Assembly (NCBI RefSeq): GCF_000189295.2
Contig: NC_016803.1
Location: forward strand, 1,200,001 to 1,232,000
Source of the DNA: Pseudodesulfovibrio mercurii
GTDB taxonomy: Bacteria > Desulfobacterota > Desulfovibrionia > Desulfovibrionales > Desulfovibrionaceae
Reading direction: 5' to 3'
DNA: 32,000 nt
Part shown: positions 7,628 to 15,662 of the stretch, in pieces
Position numbering within the stretch: position 1 is the stretch's first letter
How the letters are laid out: the number at the start of each line of letters is the position of its first letter
Program-made: the position numbers and the translations under genes
The notes under the pieces: generated by a model
The model's input: the letters and a program-made list of their open reading frames with translations, nothing else
What the model was told of the DNA's origin: nothing
Databases searched by the model: none

Positions 7628-7854
7628 ATCAGGGAGGCGGTCCGGGCCTCCTCCTGGATGCGGACCTCCACGGCCTTGGGGCCGGTTTCCTCGTCGGCCA
7701 GGGTGAAGGTGACCTTTTCGCCGGGCTCCAGAGTCTGGAACCCGTCGCGGACGATCTCGGTGTAGTGGACGAAGACGTCCCTGCCGTCATCGCCGGTGAT
7801 GAAGCCGAATCCCTTCTGTTCGTTGAACCAGGTCACTTCGCCCGTGTGTCGCAT
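7624..7854 (-). CDS. Cold-shock domain protein (CspA family)
   Basis: ATG at 7854 with GGAGG 6 nt upstream. RNP1 is KGFGFI and RNP2 is VFVHY. 76 aa with a short C-terminal extension. Confidence 0.9.
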   Translation of the reverse strand: MRHTGEVTWFNEQKGFGFITGDDGRDVFVHYTEIVRDGFQTLEPGEKVTFTLADEETGPKAVEVRIQEEARTASLI

Positions 7855-7948
7855 GATCGCCTCCGCATGCCGTGGCATGGATTTGTCCGACGATACCCGT
7901 TGGCCGGAGTCTTGGCAATGCACCCGCGACCCCGGCCCGACGAAGGAA

Positions 7949-8101
7949 TCAGGAATTCTCCTCGCCGTCGTCCGCGTCGTCCGCGCGGTCCGGCTCGACC
8001 CCGTCCTTCTTCATCTGCTTGCGTTTGAGTTTTTCTTCTTTCTTCTTTTTCTTCGCCAACTCTTTCTGCCGCTTTTCGAACTGATAATTGGGCTTGGCCA
8101 A
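7949..8101 (-). CDS. Unlisted small ORF: 50-aa Lys-rich protein with acidic tail
   Basis: Hand translation of the minus strand. GGGAG (8107-8111), a 5-nt spacer, then TTG at 8101. Product is (M)AKPNYQFEKRQKELAKKKKKEEKLKRKQMKKDGVEPDRADDADDGEENS, with TGA at 7949-7951. The only in-frame start after the upstream stop (8129-8131) is this TTG. Confidence 0.5.
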   Translation of the reverse strand: MAKPNYQFEKRQKELAKKKKKEEKLKRKQMKKDGVEPDRADDADDGEENS

Positions 8102-8137
8102 AACAACTCCCTGTTGAGGGTGACGGCCTCACGGCCG

Positions 8138-8176
8138 AAAAAAACAAAGCCCGTCCCTCCCTCGAGAGAGACGGGC
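8138..8176 (-). terminator. Rho-independent terminator downstream of the RRM gene
   Basis: Minus strand: stem GCCCGTC (complement of 8170-8176) pairs with GACGGGC (complement of 8149-8155), with an extended imperfect stem, followed by TTTGTTTTTTT (complement of 8138-8148). Confidence 0.8.
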
Positions 8177-8205
8177 AACGTTTGCCTTTGATGGCGTTCG
8201 CCGGA

Positions 8206-8472
8206 CTACCAGCGGGGACGCGGCTCGCGGGGCTTGGCTTCGTTGACCTTCAGGTTGCGGCCGCCGAAGTCCTTGCCGTCCAGGGCCTCGATGGCATCCA
8301 GAGCGGCGGCGTCGTCGGCCATCTCCACGAAACCGAAACCGCGCGGGCGGCCGGTCTCACGGTCTTCGATCAGTTTGACGGAGGAAACCTGGCCGTGAGC
8401 CTCGAAAGCCGCGCGGACTTCGTCTTCGGTGGCGGACCAGGGCAGATTGCCGACATAGATATTCTTGGACAT
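8206..8472 (-). CDS. RRM-type (RNP-1) RNA-binding protein
   Basis: ATG at 8472 (MSKNIYVGNLPW...) with AGGAG 9 nt upstream. The RNP2 motif is IYVGNL and the RNP1 motif is RGFGFVEM. 88 aa. Confidence 0.9.
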   Translation of the reverse strand: MSKNIYVGNLPWSATEDEVRAAFEAHGQVSSVKLIEDRETGRPRGFGFVEMADDAAALDAIEALDGKDFGGRNLKVNEAKPREPRPRW

Positions 8473-8717
8473 GTTATTCACTCCTGGTGAATGCTATATG
8501 ATGCTTACGCATCGATCTAAATACAGAAGAAGCAGCGTACACGATGCGCACACTGCTCCTCGATATACCTGTTTCCTTTCCCCAGTCAGCGTCGGCCGGA
8601 ATGGGGCCGTCCCAGTTGGGGTACGCTGACACACTTGTCGGCACAGTTGGCCAAAAACAAAAACAAGTCAAGGGGTTTTTACAAAATAAACCGGAATAAT
8701 CCCCAAGGCTTCCACTC
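8473..8717 (-). promoter_or_regulatory. Long AT-enriched, structured promoter/5'-leader region of the RRM gene
   Basis: 245-nt non-coding gap. Minus-strand TTGACT is a candidate -35 element. There is an 8-bp closing stem GTCAGCGT/ACGCTGAC (8585-8592 / 8623-8630) and a second stem CGCATCG/CGATGCG (8508-8514 / 8542-8548). Confidence 0.4.
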
Positions 8718-10214
8718 TCAGCGTCCGGACCGGGCCCTTTCGAACGCCTCTTTGTCGCCGCAAAAACGTTGCCTTCCGCCCGCCAACTCCATGATCCGAT
8801 TGACCGCGGGCACCATGTCCTCGGCGTAATGAGAGACCATGATCAGCGGGGTTCCGGCCTCGGCCAGCCGCTCGATGAGCCGGAGCATCAGCGCCCTGGA
8901 GGCCGGGTCCAGACCGGACAGCGGCTCGTCCAGAAGAAGGAGTTTCGGGCCGGGGGCCATGGCCCTGGCCAGGAACACGCGGCGCTGCTGACCGTAGGAC
9001 ATGTGCCGCAGCCGCCGGGCGCCGAGCCCTTTGAGGCCCACCGCGTCCAGCCACAGCCCGGCCTCAATCCGCTCCCGGCTGGTGGGTTCCTCGAGCATGC
9101 CCACCGAGCCCCGGAACCCGGACATGACCGTCTCCTCGGCGGTCACCTCCCAGCCCAGTTCGCGGGCGTAGCCCGCCTGAAGCTCGGGCGAGACCACGCC
9201 GATGAGCGGCCGGGCCTCGTCCATGGTCATGCCGCCGAGCCGCTCCACCGTGCCCGTGCCCTTCTCGTCGTCGGCGTAGGGCGCGATCAGGCTCAGGATC
9301 AATTTCAGCAGGGTGGATTTGCCCGCTCCGTTCTCGCCGAGCACCAGCCAGTGCTCGCCGGGCAGGACCTCCCAGTCGATGTCGTCCAGGATGCGCCTGC
9401 CGTCGGCCACCACGGACACGCCTTTCATGCGCAGGAGAAAGTCGAACCGCTCGGGCGCGGGCGCGGGCGGCAGGTCGCAGGCGATCACGTCCGGGGCGGC
9501 CTCGGCCAGGGCGCGCACGGCCTGTTCGCGGGGCCCCTCGGCCAGGACCCGGCCGTGGTCCAGGGCCAGGGCGTGGCGCACGCAGCCGGGCAGGTCCCCG
9601 GTCCGGTGGGCGGCGCAGACCAGGGTGGTCCACTCCCCGGCCAGGTCGAGCAGCTCGACCACCTCGGCGCGCGAGGCCGCGTCCAGCCCGTCCAGAGCCT
9701 CGTCCAGGAGCAGGACGTCCGGCTCCGGGGCCAGGGCCCTGGCCACCAGGAGCTTGCGCACCTGGCCTGTGGAAAGTGTGCGCATCTCGCTCTCGGCCAG
9801 GTCGCGGATGGCCAGCCGGTCGATGACCGCGTCGGCCGCGGCCTCCTCCCCGGGCTCGGCCCGGTCGTACAGGATGGGGGTGTCGCAGAACCCGGCCAGG
9901 ACCACGTCGCGGCCCTTCACCCTGGGGGTGTGCAGGAAGTAGAAGTCCTGCATGTCCGCCGAGACCAGGCCGATGCGCCTGCGCAGGCCGAGCACGGACC
10001 GCTGGGGCCCATCGCCGAAATCGTAGACGCGCTCCCCGCCGAGGTCCGGGGGGAACTCGCCGCGCAGCAGACGCAACAGGGTGGTCTTGCCCGCGCCGTT
10101 GCGACCGGTCACGGCCGTGTGGCGGCCGCGCTCCAGTTGCCAGGTCAGCGGACCGAGGAGCCGGTCGCCGTTGCGGGTGACGGTCACGTCCTTGAGGGAA
10201 ATGAGTGGATTCAT
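8718..10214 (-). CDS. Tandem-ATPase ABC protein without a membrane domain, ModF-like
   Basis: ATG at 10214 (MNPLISLKDVTV...). Two Walker A motifs (GRNGAGKTT and GENGAGKST), two signature/Walker B regions (LSTGQVRKLLVARAL..LLLLDEALDGLD and MSYGQQRRVFLARAM..LLLLDEPLSGLD). 498 aa. Confidence 0.8.
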   Translation of the reverse strand: MNPLISLKDVTVTRNGDRLLGPLTWQLERGRHTAVTGRNGAGKTTLLRLLRGEFPPDLGGERVYDFGDGPQRSVLGLRRRIGLVSADMQDFYFLHTPRVKGRDVVLAGFCDTPILYDRAEPGEEAAADAVIDRLAIRDLAESEMRTLSTGQVRKLLVARALAPEPDVLLLDEALDGLDAASRAEVVELLDLAGEWTTLVCAAHRTGDLPGCVRHALALDHGRVLAEGPREQAVRALAEAAPDVIACDLPPAPAPERFDFLLRMKGVSVVADGRRILDDIDWEVLPGEHWLVLGENGAGKSTLLKLILSLIAPYADDEKGTGTVERLGGMTMDEARPLIGVVSPELQAGYARELGWEVTAEETVMSGFRGSVGMLEEPTSRERIEAGLWLDAVGLKGLGARRLRHMSYGQQRRVFLARAMAPGPKLLLLDEPLSGLDPASRALMLRLIERLAEAGTPLIMVSHYAEDMVPAVNRIMELAGGRQRFCGDKEAFERARSGR

Positions 10215-10293
10215 TCGGGGATTGTCTCCTTTCCCGGCCCGGCTGGCAACCCCCGACTTGTCATCATCCGCACCCCGGCCTATGCTTCGCCCC

Positions 10294-11217
10294 ATGCCCG
10301 AAACCGTCGCCATCCTGCGGGTCCAGGAATACCGGTCCGAACAGCTCGGCCCGGCCGTGGACCGGCTCTTCGAGACCATCGGCTTCACGCCCGCGCCCGA
10401 CGAGCGGGTGCTGGTCAAGCCCAACCTGGTCAACGGCAGCAATGCCGCCCACTGCACCACCCACCCCCAGGTCGTGCGGGCGGCCTGCGCCTGGCTCCTG
10501 GACCACGGCGCCCGCGTGACCGTGGCCGACTCCCCGGCCTTCGGCCCGGCGGCCTACGTGGCCCGCGCCTCGGGACTGGGCCCGGCCCTGGCGGACCTCG
10601 GCCTTTCGGTGCAGAGCCTGGCCCGGCCCGCGCCCCTCGGCCTGACCCTGGGCGGGACCATCGGCCTGTCCCGCGACGCGCTCGAGGCGGACCGCATCCT
10701 GAACCTGCCCAAACTCAAGGTCCACTGCCAGATGACCGTGTCCGGCGCGGTCAAGAACCTGTTCGGCTGCGTGGTCGGCTTCCGCAAGGCCTTCGCCCAC
10801 CACCGGCTGGGGCACAGCCACGCGGTCTTCCGGTCCATGATCATGGACGTGTACCGCGCCCTGCCCAAGACCGTGCATCTCATGGACGCGGTCCACCCCA
10901 TGCACCGGGACGGCCCCGTCAAGGGCGAGCCGTTCCCCCTGGGCATGCTGGCCGCCGCGAAAAACGGCGTGGCCCTGGACACCATGGCCTGCACCCTGCT
11001 CGGGCTGACCCCGGAGCGGGTCCCCCTGTGGGAGGAGGCCGGGCTCCGGGGCATGGACGGGGCGGACCCGGCGCTGCTCGACTACCCCCTGGACGCGCCC
11101 GGGACCTTCGACACGCACGGCTTCGTCCTGTCCGAGGAGCGGGAGCTGTCCTTCGCGCCCATGCGGCTTATCCGTGGCCGGGTGCGCAGCCTGCTGAAAC
11201 ATCTCGCAAAAAGCTGA
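10294..11217 (+). CDS. DUF362 domain protein
   Basis: MPETVAILRVQEY...RVLVKPNLV... and ...LPKLKVHCQMTVSGAVKNLFGCV... fit DUF362. The start is ATG 10294, with ATG 10282 as an alternative. No strong RBS is visible for either. Confidence 0.7.
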   Translation: MPETVAILRVQEYRSEQLGPAVDRLFETIGFTPAPDERVLVKPNLVNGSNAAHCTTHPQVVRAACAWLLDHGARVTVADSPAFGPAAYVARASGLGPALADLGLSVQSLARPAPLGLTLGGTIGLSRDALEADRILNLPKLKVHCQMTVSGAVKNLFGCVVGFRKAFAHHRLGHSHAVFRSMIMDVYRALPKTVHLMDAVHPMHRDGPVKGEPFPLGMLAAAKNGVALDTMACTLLGLTPERVPLWEEAGLRGMDGADPALLDYPLDAPGTFDTHGFVLSEERELSFAPMRLIRGRVRSLLKHLAKS

Positions 11218-11257
11218 TCCCCCTTGCGCTTTGAGGGGTTGGGCGGTATGGACAACC

Positions 11258-13576
11258 ATGCGGATGCGCCAGCGATTCACCATCACCGGCCAGGTACAGG
11301 GAGTGGGGTTCCGGCCCTTCGTCTACCGCATTGCCCTGGACCGGGGCGTGACCGGCTCGGTGAACAACTCGTCCGACGGCGTGCTCATCGAGATCCAGGG
11401 CGACGCCGGGCAGGTGGGCGGATTCGCCGAGGACCTGACCTCCAAGCTGCCGCCCCTGGCGCGCATCGTCACCCTGGATTCCGAACCCATGGAGCCCGTG
11501 GACGGCGAGGACGGGTTCATCATCCTCGAATCCACGCGCAAGTCCGGCCACTCCGTGCTCATCTCCCCGGACGTGGCCACCTGCCAGGACTGCCTGGACG
11601 ACATGAACGATCCGGCCAACCGGCGCTACCGCTACCCGTTCACCAACTGCACCAACTGCGGGCCGCGCTACACCATCACCCGGTCCATCCCCTACGACCG
11701 GCCCCAGACCTCCATGGCCCGGTTCACCCTCTGCCCCGAGTGCGCGGCCGAGTACACGGACCCCCTGGACCGGCGCTTCCACGCCCAGCCCAATGCCTGC
11801 CCGCGCTGCGGCCCGCGCACCTGGCTGACCGACCGCGACGGCCTGGTCATCGCCCAGGGCGACGAATCCCTGCGCCGCCTGGCCCGCGAGCTGGCCGACG
11901 GGCGCATCGCCGCGGTCAAGGGGCTGGGCGGATTCCACCTGGTCTGCGACGCGGGTTCCCGGCGCACCGTGGCCCGGCTGCGCGAACGCAAGCACCGGCC
12001 GGACAAGCCGTTGGCCGTGATGGTCCCGGACATGGCCACGGCCCGGCGGCTGGCCCTGGTCTCCCAGGCCGAGGAGGAATGGCTGACCGGCATCCGGCGG
12101 CCCATCGTCCTGACGGCCAAGAAACGCCCCTTCCCCCTGGCCCGTTCCGTGGCCCCGGACACGGATTTCGTCGGGCTGATGCTGCCCTACACCCCGCTGC
12201 ACCACATCCTGCTCCACGACTACGCCGAGCTGAAAGGTCCGGAGGCGGCCCTGGTCATGACCTCGGGCAACATGAGCGCCGAGCCCATCTGCCTGGACAA
12301 CGACGAGGCCCTGGAACGCCTGGCCTCCATCGCGGACATCTTTCTCTTCCACAACCGGGACATCCTCATCCGCACGGACGACTCCGTGGTCCGAGTCAAT
12401 CCGGCCACGGGCGCGCCCGTGTTCATGCGCCGGGCGCGGGGCTTCGTGCCCACCCCGGTCTTCCTGCCTGCCAAGGGCGAAACGGTCCTGGGCGTGGGAC
12501 CGGAGCTGAAGTGCACCCTGACCCTGACCAAGGGGGACCAGGCCTTCTCCAGCCAGCACATCGGCAACATGTCCAACCTGGAGACCCTGGAATTCCACAA
12601 CGAGATCCGCGCCCACCTCGAGGACATCCTCCAGGTGAAGCCCAGGCTCATCGTCCGCGACCTGCACCCGGACTACATGACCACCGCCCTGGCCGAGGAG
12701 CTGGGCCGCAAGCGGGGACTGCCCGTGGCCGCCCTGCAGCATCACTACGCCCACATCCACGCGGTCCTGGCCGAGAACAGGTTCGAGGGCCCGGTCATCG
12801 GCCTGGCCCTGGACGGCACGGGCTTCGGCGAGGACGGGACCATCTGGGGCGGCGAGTGCCTGCTGGTGGACCCGACGACCCTGGACCACCAGCGGCTGGC
12901 CCACTTCACGCGCTTCCGGCTGCCCGGCGGCGAGGCCGCGGTCCGCGAGCCGTGGCGCATCGCCCAGGCCGCCCTGTGGGAGTTGGGCGTCCGGGAGCCC
13001 GGCGCCTACGCCTGGCCGTGGCTGAACCAGTTCGCGGCCGAGAGCCGTTTCCTGCCCCAGGTCCTGGAAAAGGGCATCAACGCGCCCCGGACCTCCAGTT
13101 GCGGGCGGCTGTTCGACGGCGTGGCCGCCCTGTGCGGCCTGGCCTCGACCATCACCTACGAGGGCCAGGCGGCCATCCTCCTGGAACGGGCCCAGGACAT
13201 GGACGAGGCCGGGGCCTACCCCTGCCCGCTCAAGTCCGACGACCCCGTGGCCCTGGACACCCTCTCCCTGGTGGCGGCCGCGCTCGACGACCTGGAGCGG
13301 GGCGAGCCCGTGGGCAGGATCGCCCGCCGCTTCCACCGGGGGCTGATCAACGGCCTGACCGAGATGGCCTTCTCCTTTTCCATGCTCCTGGACATCCACC
13401 ACGTGGCCCTGTCCGGCGGGGTCATGCAGAACCTGACCCTGGCGAGCGAATTGCCGCTGGCCCTCGAAGGCGCCGGTCTGATACCCTTGGTCCATACCCA
13501 GCTGCCGCCCAACGACGGGTGCATCTCCCTGGGCCAGGCGGCCTGGGGCATGCGCAAGCTGCTCAACGAACCCTAG
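11258..13576 (+). CDS. hypF: [NiFe]-hydrogenase maturation carbamoyltransferase HypF
   Basis: Acylphosphatase-like N-terminus (ITGQVQGVGFRPFVYR). Two zinc-finger pairs (CQDC..FTNCTNCGPRY.. and CPEC..QPNACPRCGP). YrdC-like segment (KGLGGFHL) and a Kae1-like C-terminus. The start is ATG 11258, with 11264 as an alternative. Confidence 0.95.
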   Translation: MRMRQRFTITGQVQGVGFRPFVYRIALDRGVTGSVNNSSDGVLIEIQGDAGQVGGFAEDLTSKLPPLARIVTLDSEPMEPVDGEDGFIILESTRKSGHSVLISPDVATCQDCLDDMNDPANRRYRYPFTNCTNCGPRYTITRSIPYDRPQTSMARFTLCPECAAEYTDPLDRRFHAQPNACPRCGPRTWLTDRDGLVIAQGDESLRRLARELADGRIAAVKGLGGFHLVCDAGSRRTVARLRERKHRPDKPLAVMVPDMATARRLALVSQAEEEWLTGIRRPIVLTAKKRPFPLARSVAPDTDFVGLMLPYTPLHHILLHDYAELKGPEAALVMTSGNMSAEPICLDNDEALERLASIADIFLFHNRDILIRTDDSVVRVNPATGAPVFMRRARGFVPTPVFLPAKGETVLGVGPELKCTLTLTKGDQAFSSQHIGNMSNLETLEFHNEIRAHLEDILQVKPRLIVRDLHPDYMTTALAEELGRKRGLPVAALQHHYAHIHAVLAENRFEGPVIGLALDGTGFGEDGTIWGGECLLVDPTTLDHQRLAHFTRFRLPGGEAAVREPWRIAQAALWELGVREPGAYAWPWLNQFAAESRFLPQVLEKGINAPRTSSCGRLFDGVAALCGLASTITYEGQAAILLERAQDMDEAGAYPCPLKSDDPVALDTLSLVAAALDDLERGEPVGRIARRFHRGLINGLTEMAFSFSMLLDIHHVALSGGVMQNLTLASELPLALEGAGLIPLVHTQLPPNDGCISLGQAAWGMRKLLNEP

Positions 13577-13585
13577 GGAGGGACC

Positions 13586-14296
13586 ATGTACCGGATTCCG
13601 ACGCTGCTGACCGTGCTCATCCTGCTGCTCGGCGCGTCGCCGCTCCGGGCCGCCCCGTTCTGCGATCCGCCGGTCCTGACCGCCGTGGCCATCGAGGAGC
13701 GCACCCCCGGCTTCACGGTGGACGCCGAATACCCCGTGCTCTGCCGGGCCGAGCCCAGCCGGGTCATCCGCGACTTCGTCTCCAACACCATCTTCGATTT
13801 CAAGAAGGTCGATCCGGGCCACGACCTGAGCGTGTTCCCGCACCCCTACGAGTTGCTCACGCGCTACGCGGTCTGGCCCACGGCCGAAGGCCGCTTCGTC
13901 TCGGTCAAGCTCCACGTCATGGCCTATACCGGCGGGGCCCACCCCAACAACTGGCCCATGACCTGGGTCTTCGACATGGCCGACGGCGGGGAGATCACCC
14001 TGAACCGCCTGTTCCCGGACCGCGAGGCCGCCCTGGACCGGGTCTCGGCCCTGTGCCGAAAGGTCCTGTCCGCCTCCCTCGGGGGCATGCTCGTGCCGGA
14101 CATGCTCGACGCGGGCGTGCGGCCCGTGGAGGACAACTTCAAGCGGTTCATCCTGACCGGGGAGGGCGTGGCCTTCTTCTTCGCGCCCTACCAGGTGGCC
14201 CCCTACGCGGCGGGCGAACAGGTCGTGACCATCCCCTTCGACCACCTGGGCGGACTGATCGCCCCCAACATCGCCGCCGCCGTCCGGGCGGAGTAG
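13586..14296 (+). CDS. Exported DUF3298/DUF4163-like protein (RsiV/PdaC-type domain)
   Basis: GGGAGGG lies 3 nt upstream of the ATG, which starts 10 nt after the hypF stop. Signal-peptide-like N-terminus (MYRIPTLLTVLILLLGASPLRA/AP). Contains ..YTGGAHP.. and ..GVAFFFAPYQVAPYAAG.. motifs. Confidence 0.7.
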   Translation: MYRIPTLLTVLILLLGASPLRAAPFCDPPVLTAVAIEERTPGFTVDAEYPVLCRAEPSRVIRDFVSNTIFDFKKVDPGHDLSVFPHPYELLTRYAVWPTAEGRFVSVKLHVMAYTGGAHPNNWPMTWVFDMADGGEITLNRLFPDREAALDRVSALCRKVLSASLGGMLVPDMLDAGVRPVEDNFKRFILTGEGVAFFFAPYQVAPYAAGEQVVTIPFDHLGGLIAPNIAAAVRAE

Positions 14297-14305
14297 CCGA
14301 AACGC

Positions 14306-14347
14306 AAAAAAAAGGGCCGGGGAGTCTCCCCGGCCCGTTGATTTCTT
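14306..14347. terminator. Bidirectional rho-independent terminator between convergent genes
   Basis: A8 run (14306-14313), then the 23-nt palindrome GGGCCGGGGAGTCTCCCCGGCCC (14314-14336), then GTTGATTTCTT. Confidence 0.8.
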
Positions 14348-14360
14348 CCGCAGCGAAGGA

Positions 14361-15545
14361 CTAGATGGTCACGCGGTTGACGCCCTCGATACGGTTCAAC
14401 GCCTCGCGGACCTCCTCGGTGGGCCGGGCGTGGACCATGTACACGGTCTGGACCTGTTCGCCGAGCTTGCGCGAGTTGTTCTCGCGGATGTTCACGCCCA
14501 TCTCGCCCATGAGGGTGCCGAACTTGCCGAACATGCCGGGCTTGTCCTCGTGGGTGATGAAGATGGTGAAGACCTCGGTGCCCTCCTCCTCCACGGTCTC
14601 GCCCACGTTCACGGAGTTGCCGTACTCGCCGCGCTTGAGGTAGCCGGTGACCACCTCGGCGATCTCGAGCCCGGTGCGGATGCCCGCGTTGTTGGTGGAC
14701 GCGCCCAGGTGCGCGGACATGACGATGTTGTCCAGCTCCTGGAGCTTGTTGACGAAGGGCAGCCCCTCGCGCTTGGGCTCGGTCTCGTAGCAGTCCAGCG
14801 CCGCGCCCGCGATCTGGCCGGTCTTGAGGGCGTGATACAGGGCGTCCTCGGACACGTTCTTTCCGCGCGAGGCGTTGACCAGGAAGGCCGTGTCCTTCAT
14901 CTGGGCTAATTCCTCGGTGTTGATGACCGGCTCGGTGCCGCCGCAGTGCAGGGACACGAAATCGGACATGCCGAGCAGCTCGGGGATGGAGTCCACGTAG
15001 GTCAGGGGCGCGTCGATGGAGCGGTAGAGATCGTAGCCCACGACCTTCATGCCCAAGGCCCCGGCCTTGGCCGCCAGAGCCTGGCCGATGCGGCCGCAGC
15101 CGATGACGCCGAGCGTCTTGCCGAAGAGCTCCACTCCCTTGAACCGCTTCTTGTGCCAGGTGCCGCCCATGAGGGTGCGGTGGGCGAAGGGAACCTTGCG
15201 GGCGATGGCGAACATCAGCCCCAGGGCGTGCTCGGCCGTGGCGTTGGTGTTGCCGTTGGGCGCGAACTTGACGATCACGCCCAGCTCCTTGGCCGCCTCC
15301 AGGTCGATGTTGTCCGTGCCCACGCCGCCCCGGCCGACGATCTTGAGCTTGCCCCCGTCCCGCACCCCGGCCTCGAGCAGGGCCCGGGTGACCTTGGTGG
15401 CGGAACGCACGAGCAGGGCGTCGAAGGAGCCGATCTCGCTCATGAGGTCGTCCTCGTCGCGCTTCTCGGTCTCCACGATGAAGCCCTGCTGTTTCAAGTA
15501 CTTCTGCGCCTCTTCGACGAGGCCGTCATTGGCAAGTATCCGCAT
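14361..15545 (-). CDS. serA: D-3-phosphoglycerate dehydrogenase with C-terminal ACT domain
   Basis: ATG at 15545 (MRILANDGL...) preceded by GGGGAAG. NAD-binding motif GVIGCGRIGQ. 2-hydroxyacid dehydrogenase catalytic region (..NASRG.. and ..SAHLGAST..). ACT-like tail. Confidence 0.9.
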   Translation of the reverse strand: MRILANDGLVEEAQKYLKQQGFIVETEKRDEDDLMSEIGSFDALLVRSATKVTRALLEAGVRDGGKLKIVGRGGVGTDNIDLEAAKELGVIVKFAPNGNTNATAEHALGLMFAIARKVPFAHRTLMGGTWHKKRFKGVELFGKTLGVIGCGRIGQALAAKAGALGMKVVGYDLYRSIDAPLTYVDSIPELLGMSDFVSLHCGGTEPVINTEELAQMKDTAFLVNASRGKNVSEDALYHALKTGQIAGAALDCYETEPKREGLPFVNKLQELDNIVMSAHLGASTNNAGIRTGLEIAEVVTGYLKRGEYGNSVNVGETVEEEGTEVFTIFITHEDKPGMFGKFGTLMGEMGVNIRENNSRKLGEQVQTVYMVHARPTEEVREALNRIEGVNRVTI

Positions 15546-15662
15546 AGTCACTTCCCCTTGATATGCTGAATTGTCGGACGTTGTGAGCTTCCCTAGATCA
15601 AATGGCGCTTCCTCAAATCGGTTGAAGTGTTGTGAAGTGGACCAAGGCCACCGAGGTCCCGG

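Noticed and set aside
8474-8671. 65-aa minus-strand ORF upstream of the RRM gene.
   Set aside because: It lies in the AT-enriched structured leader, has no RBS, has atypical composition (Cys/Trp/Phe-rich start), and ends 2 nt before the RRM gene start. It is more likely non-coding leader RNA.
2161-11234. Other long shadow ORFs: 2161..3828 (+, 555 aa), 4160..5389 (-, 409 aa), 5609..7453 (-, 614 aa), 8769..11234 (+, 821 aa), plus the many 60-350-aa Arg/Pro/Gly-rich ORFs listed throughout the window.
   Set aside because: For three of them I checked that the ORF is in antisense codon register with a real gene: the ykgJ string, moeA, and the ModF-like gene. All have low-complexity composition, no RBS and no family signatures.
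11168-14364. 1025-aa antisense ORF (11168..14245) and 1046-aa alternative-frame plus-strand ORF (11224..14364) over hypF and the DUF3298 gene.
   Set aside because: The antisense ORF is in exact codon register with hypF and the DUF3298 gene, the same mechanism as above. The plus-strand ORF uses the frame whose first codon base is the GC-rich third base of the real codons, so T-initial stop codons are rare. Both translate to Arg/Pro/Gly/His-rich sequence without motifs.
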